A stretch of DNA of 64,000 nucleotides from Chiloscyllium plagiosum (taxonomy: Eukaryota): assembly GCF_004010195.1 (NCBI RefSeq), contig NC_057720.1, positions 32,187,216-32,251,215 of the forward strand. The letters are read 5' to 3'. How positions within the stretch are numbered: position 1 is the stretch's first letter; the number at the start of each line of letters is the position of its first letter. The position numbers were made by a program, and so were the translations under genes. Below, piece after piece: positions 60,575 through 64,000 of the stretch. The notes below the pieces were generated by a model. It did no database searches. It was not told where the DNA came from and saw only the letters and a list, made by a program, of their open reading frames with translations.

Positions 60575-61600
60575 GAATTGTGCTTGACAAATCTGAGTTG
60601 ATTGTTTGATGATATGACTAAAGTAGTGAACAGAGGACAATCTATGCATGTGATATATAGAGATTTCCAGAAGGTATTTGATAAAATTGGCTAAGCATCA
60701 GGAAGCAGTTAGACAAGAAAATTGATTAGTTGTGATCAATGGTGTGGTCCAGGAAACATTTTTGGCACCTCAATAGTTCACCACATTTAGCAATGACTGA
60801 AAAATTAAATAGAATTTTACCTATCAGAATTTACCACTGGCACACAGATGCATAACATTGTAAACTATGTAGATGGAAACATAGAATTACAAAAGAGATT
60901 TGATAGACTAAGTGAAAGAGCAAAAACTATAATCACTTTGTGCCTATATAGGATAGAATAGAGGGTGTTATGGATAGATATAAAATTTAATTCAATCAGC
61001 TGACAGAATGCTGGCCTTTTTTATCTAAATGAAAATAATTCAAGAGGGCAGAAGTTATGCTAATGCTGTGCAGATCACACCTGGTTAGATCACACCTGGA
61101 ATACTGTGAGCACTTCCGGGCATCAAATTTAAAGAAGGATATGTAGGAGTGCTGTGTAAATTTACTAGATAAACCTGAAATCAAAGGGTTAAGTTACAAG
61201 GAGCAGATTGCTCAAACTAGGATTTCATTCACTAAAATTTAGAAGGTTAAGATGTCACATGGTTGACATCAAGATATTAAAGAAAACTAATTGGGTAAGA
61301 CGACACAATTCGCATTGATTGAGGTGCAGGCTCTGGAGCATGGTCTAAAAGTTAGAGGTTGACTTTTCAGGAGTTCAGAAACACTTTTACTTGCAGAAGG
61401 TGATGGCAGTTTGGCAATCTCTTCCACAAATGATAATTAATACTGGATCAATTGTTAACTTTAAATTTGAGATTCATAGATTTATGCTAACCAAAGATAT
61501 TACAGTTTTGAGCCAAAGGTGGGTATGTGAAGTTAGATCACAGAGCAGCTCACTGACTAGCAGAACAGGCTCAGGGGGTTAATGCATCTATTCCTTTGCT
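60575..61600 (+). mobile_element. Highly decayed CR1 ORF2 (RT to 3' end)
   Basis: DFQKVFDK, LVRSHLEYCEHFRASNLKKD and FYLQKVMAVWQSLPQ. Confidence 0.75.
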
Positions 61601-62714
61601 TCCATTATTGAAGAAATGGAGTTGCGATGCAAATTCTACATGTTAATTGCCCTTCATGAGAGCCAAAAGAAATTCTGATCCAAAAGTAATTCCCATTAAA
61701 GGATTACATTTCTTGGCCATTATTGTTTCGAAGAGATTTGAACTTTACTTGAAAAGGCAAAAGTCTTTACCTCACTTCCTCTCCTTGGTCATAAAATGTA
61801 AAATTTTCTTTTGCTTTTGCGACAAAGTGTTTGCCATTGCTCAAGGGGCACAGTAAACCATTCTCCCTTTGCCAACAAATCTATTTTAACATTTTATTAT
61901 TAGAATTTTGAAGCTTGATATCCCAGAAGTTTTTTAATTATTAATCAGCTGGATGTTTTCATTCCCTGAACAGGATTACCTCACCATATGCAGGAAAGTG
62001 TGGTTGAATTTTGATATATGTGCACAGCTGGGTTGCAAAGAAATGTTATGCTTGGAACTTGATTATGTTTAGATCAGGACCTCTGTGCACAGAATGACTG
62101 GGATAATTTGGAATGTTCTACTATGGTCACTGCTCTCATTCAATCAAGTGTGAATTTTAACCTGCCTACTCACATTGTGCAATCTTTCATCCAAATCCAA
62201 ACACATTCCCCTCCTTAATCAATATTACCCAGTCCATGAGTATTTCCACTGACTACCTATCTAGTCAGTCAAGACTGGCAGAGAATTTATTCTCCTTTTC
62301 CTCAGGGAAGTACAACTGAATATCATTTGAGACCAACGATATCATCACATATTGCTCACTGTTGTAACTGTTGAAACAATTTTAGTGTGACTTTTGTTGG
62401 AAACATTGTAACCAAACAAGATGGATTCTCTGAACTCTTTTGCATTTTAAAATTATTGATTTAGATTTTGGATAGATTAAAAGGGATTGCCAGACAATAG
62501 TCGATCAAGCATTAACTAAAAGTTTTCATCTAGATTGCTGCACTGTAAAGATTACAGCAAATCTGTAAACTTTTAAATGTATCAGCACAGCCTGCAAAAT
62601 GGTACCTCCACCACTAAACCATCAGATTGTGACAAAAACAAGGAATCAATGCTTTTACTTACTAAACCCGCAGAGAAAAATAATTTTTAAAAGTGCATCT
62701 GTTAAATTTTATCA

Positions 62715-63027
62715 TAGAATCCCTATGGTGTGGAAACAGACCATTTGGCCCAACAAGTCCACACTGACCCTCCAAAGAGTAATCCACCCTGATGCATTCC
62801 CTTAACTAATACAGTTAACCTACATCCCTTAATACTATGGGCAATTAGAATGGCTAATTCACCTAACCTGCACATCTTTGGATTGTAGGAGGAAACCAGA
62901 ACACCCAGAGGAACCCACGCAGACACAGGGAGAACATACAAACTCCACACAGACAATCACCCGAGGCTGGAATTGAACCTTGGTCCTCGGTGCTGTGAGG
63001 CAGCAGTGCGGAGCCACCGCACCACCC
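62715..63027 (-). mobile_element. HE1-type SINE
   Basis: Same head, V-domain and tail as 19165-19457. Confidence 0.88.
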
Positions 63028-63399
63028 ATAAATTTATGAACTTTGTTTTGTAGAGTGCTTCAGTTTTTGTTGAGGTTGTTGATTCACTGAATCTGTAAGT
63101 TCAGAGTTGACTAATCACTTATTCAAACATTTTATTGTAACATTCCAGTGCAGATACAATGGGCTGGATGGCCTCTTCTTGCACTATAACAATTCTGCAA
63201 TTCTGTGTTTCAGCTAGATATTGTAATGACTAAAGGCATTGTCTTCAACCTCAGCCACAAATGCTGTCCACATGATTTCATCTCCTCTTGCAACTAATTC
63301 CTTAGGATGAATCAAATCATTAAAAATCACAGCAGATTATTTAATTCTCAAGCTTGGCTTCTAATCCCATACATGCTTCATCTCAAGACTTCTTACTTC

Positions 63400-63885
63400 C
63401 AACTAAGTAACGTTGTCTATCACCATTGTTGCTGCTGAATCATTCCATCTCCAGATATGACTGTACCAGGGTGCTTCTAACCAGCATCTCATTCTTCACC
63501 CAGTAAAGTTGAGCCAACCTAAAATTCTCCTACCCAACACCCATCCTGTAGCACCTCCCTACCACTTTTCCCCTTCTCCCTGTAACTTTTCTTAGCAAAC
63601 CCATTACACTGCAAAGGTCTCATTCCTATGAGTCTAGCATGCTGAGCATCCCCTTCCCACTGAAGTCTATCATTTGGGGTATACCCTCAGCCACCTGATC
63701 CCAGCCACATTGGAATTCATCAGCACCCTTACCTTATTTATATGTTCCTTCAAATCCACCTTTTAAATCAAGCATTTTGAACATTCCTTTGAATAGCTCC
63801 CTCTTTAGCTTAGCATTTATTTAATTAGATCTGCATGAAGCATCTTAGAACTGTTTTTTACATTGAAGGTACTACACAAAGACAA
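63400..63885 (+). mobile_element. Decayed L2-like LINE 3' end
   Basis: CATCTCCAGATATGACTGT (SRLDYC-like) and tail TGAAGCATCTTAGAAC..TACATTGAAGGTACTAC. Confidence 0.5.
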
Positions 63886-64000
63886 ATTGCAAAAATACAC
63901 ATAGCTTTGATGGATCATTTTTAAATTTTATGTACAGGGTGACTTTGATTAATTTTTGTGAAGTTGAAGATAACTAACTTTTCTCTATTATTAGAAATTT

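Overview
Repeat-rich vertebrate genomic DNA. It is most likely a shark or other elasmobranch (inference from HE1-type SINEs, HER1/CR1 LINEs and Penelope-like repeats), and it has two assembly gaps. Main contents: (1) a complete but decayed ~9.8 kb endogenous retrovirus at 37179-47022 (paired LTRs, GTAG target-site duplication (TSD), tRNA-Ser primer-binding site (PBS), gag with two zinc knuckles, pro-RT-RNaseH-IN, gamma-type env). Its gag is interrupted by a Penelope-like element (PLE) carrying a hammerhead ribozyme motif. (2) A small solo LTR (50886-54729) with two copies of a non-coding element at its TATA box, each carrying a copy of the target sequence at its 5' end; this may be a site-specific, promoter-hijacking non-autonomous retroelement. 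(3) Several hammerhead motifs in PLE fragments, including a head-to-head palindrome with a 14 bp TSD. (4) Nested CR1, Gypsy (Gmr1-like), Harbinger, Vingi-like, L2 and SINE remnants, plus a tRNA-Leu pseudogene. (5) A tentative phase-consistent chain of + strand exons of an unrecognised host gene containing an old internal duplication. All family assignments come from motif recognition by eye, and boundaries of decayed repeats are approximate.
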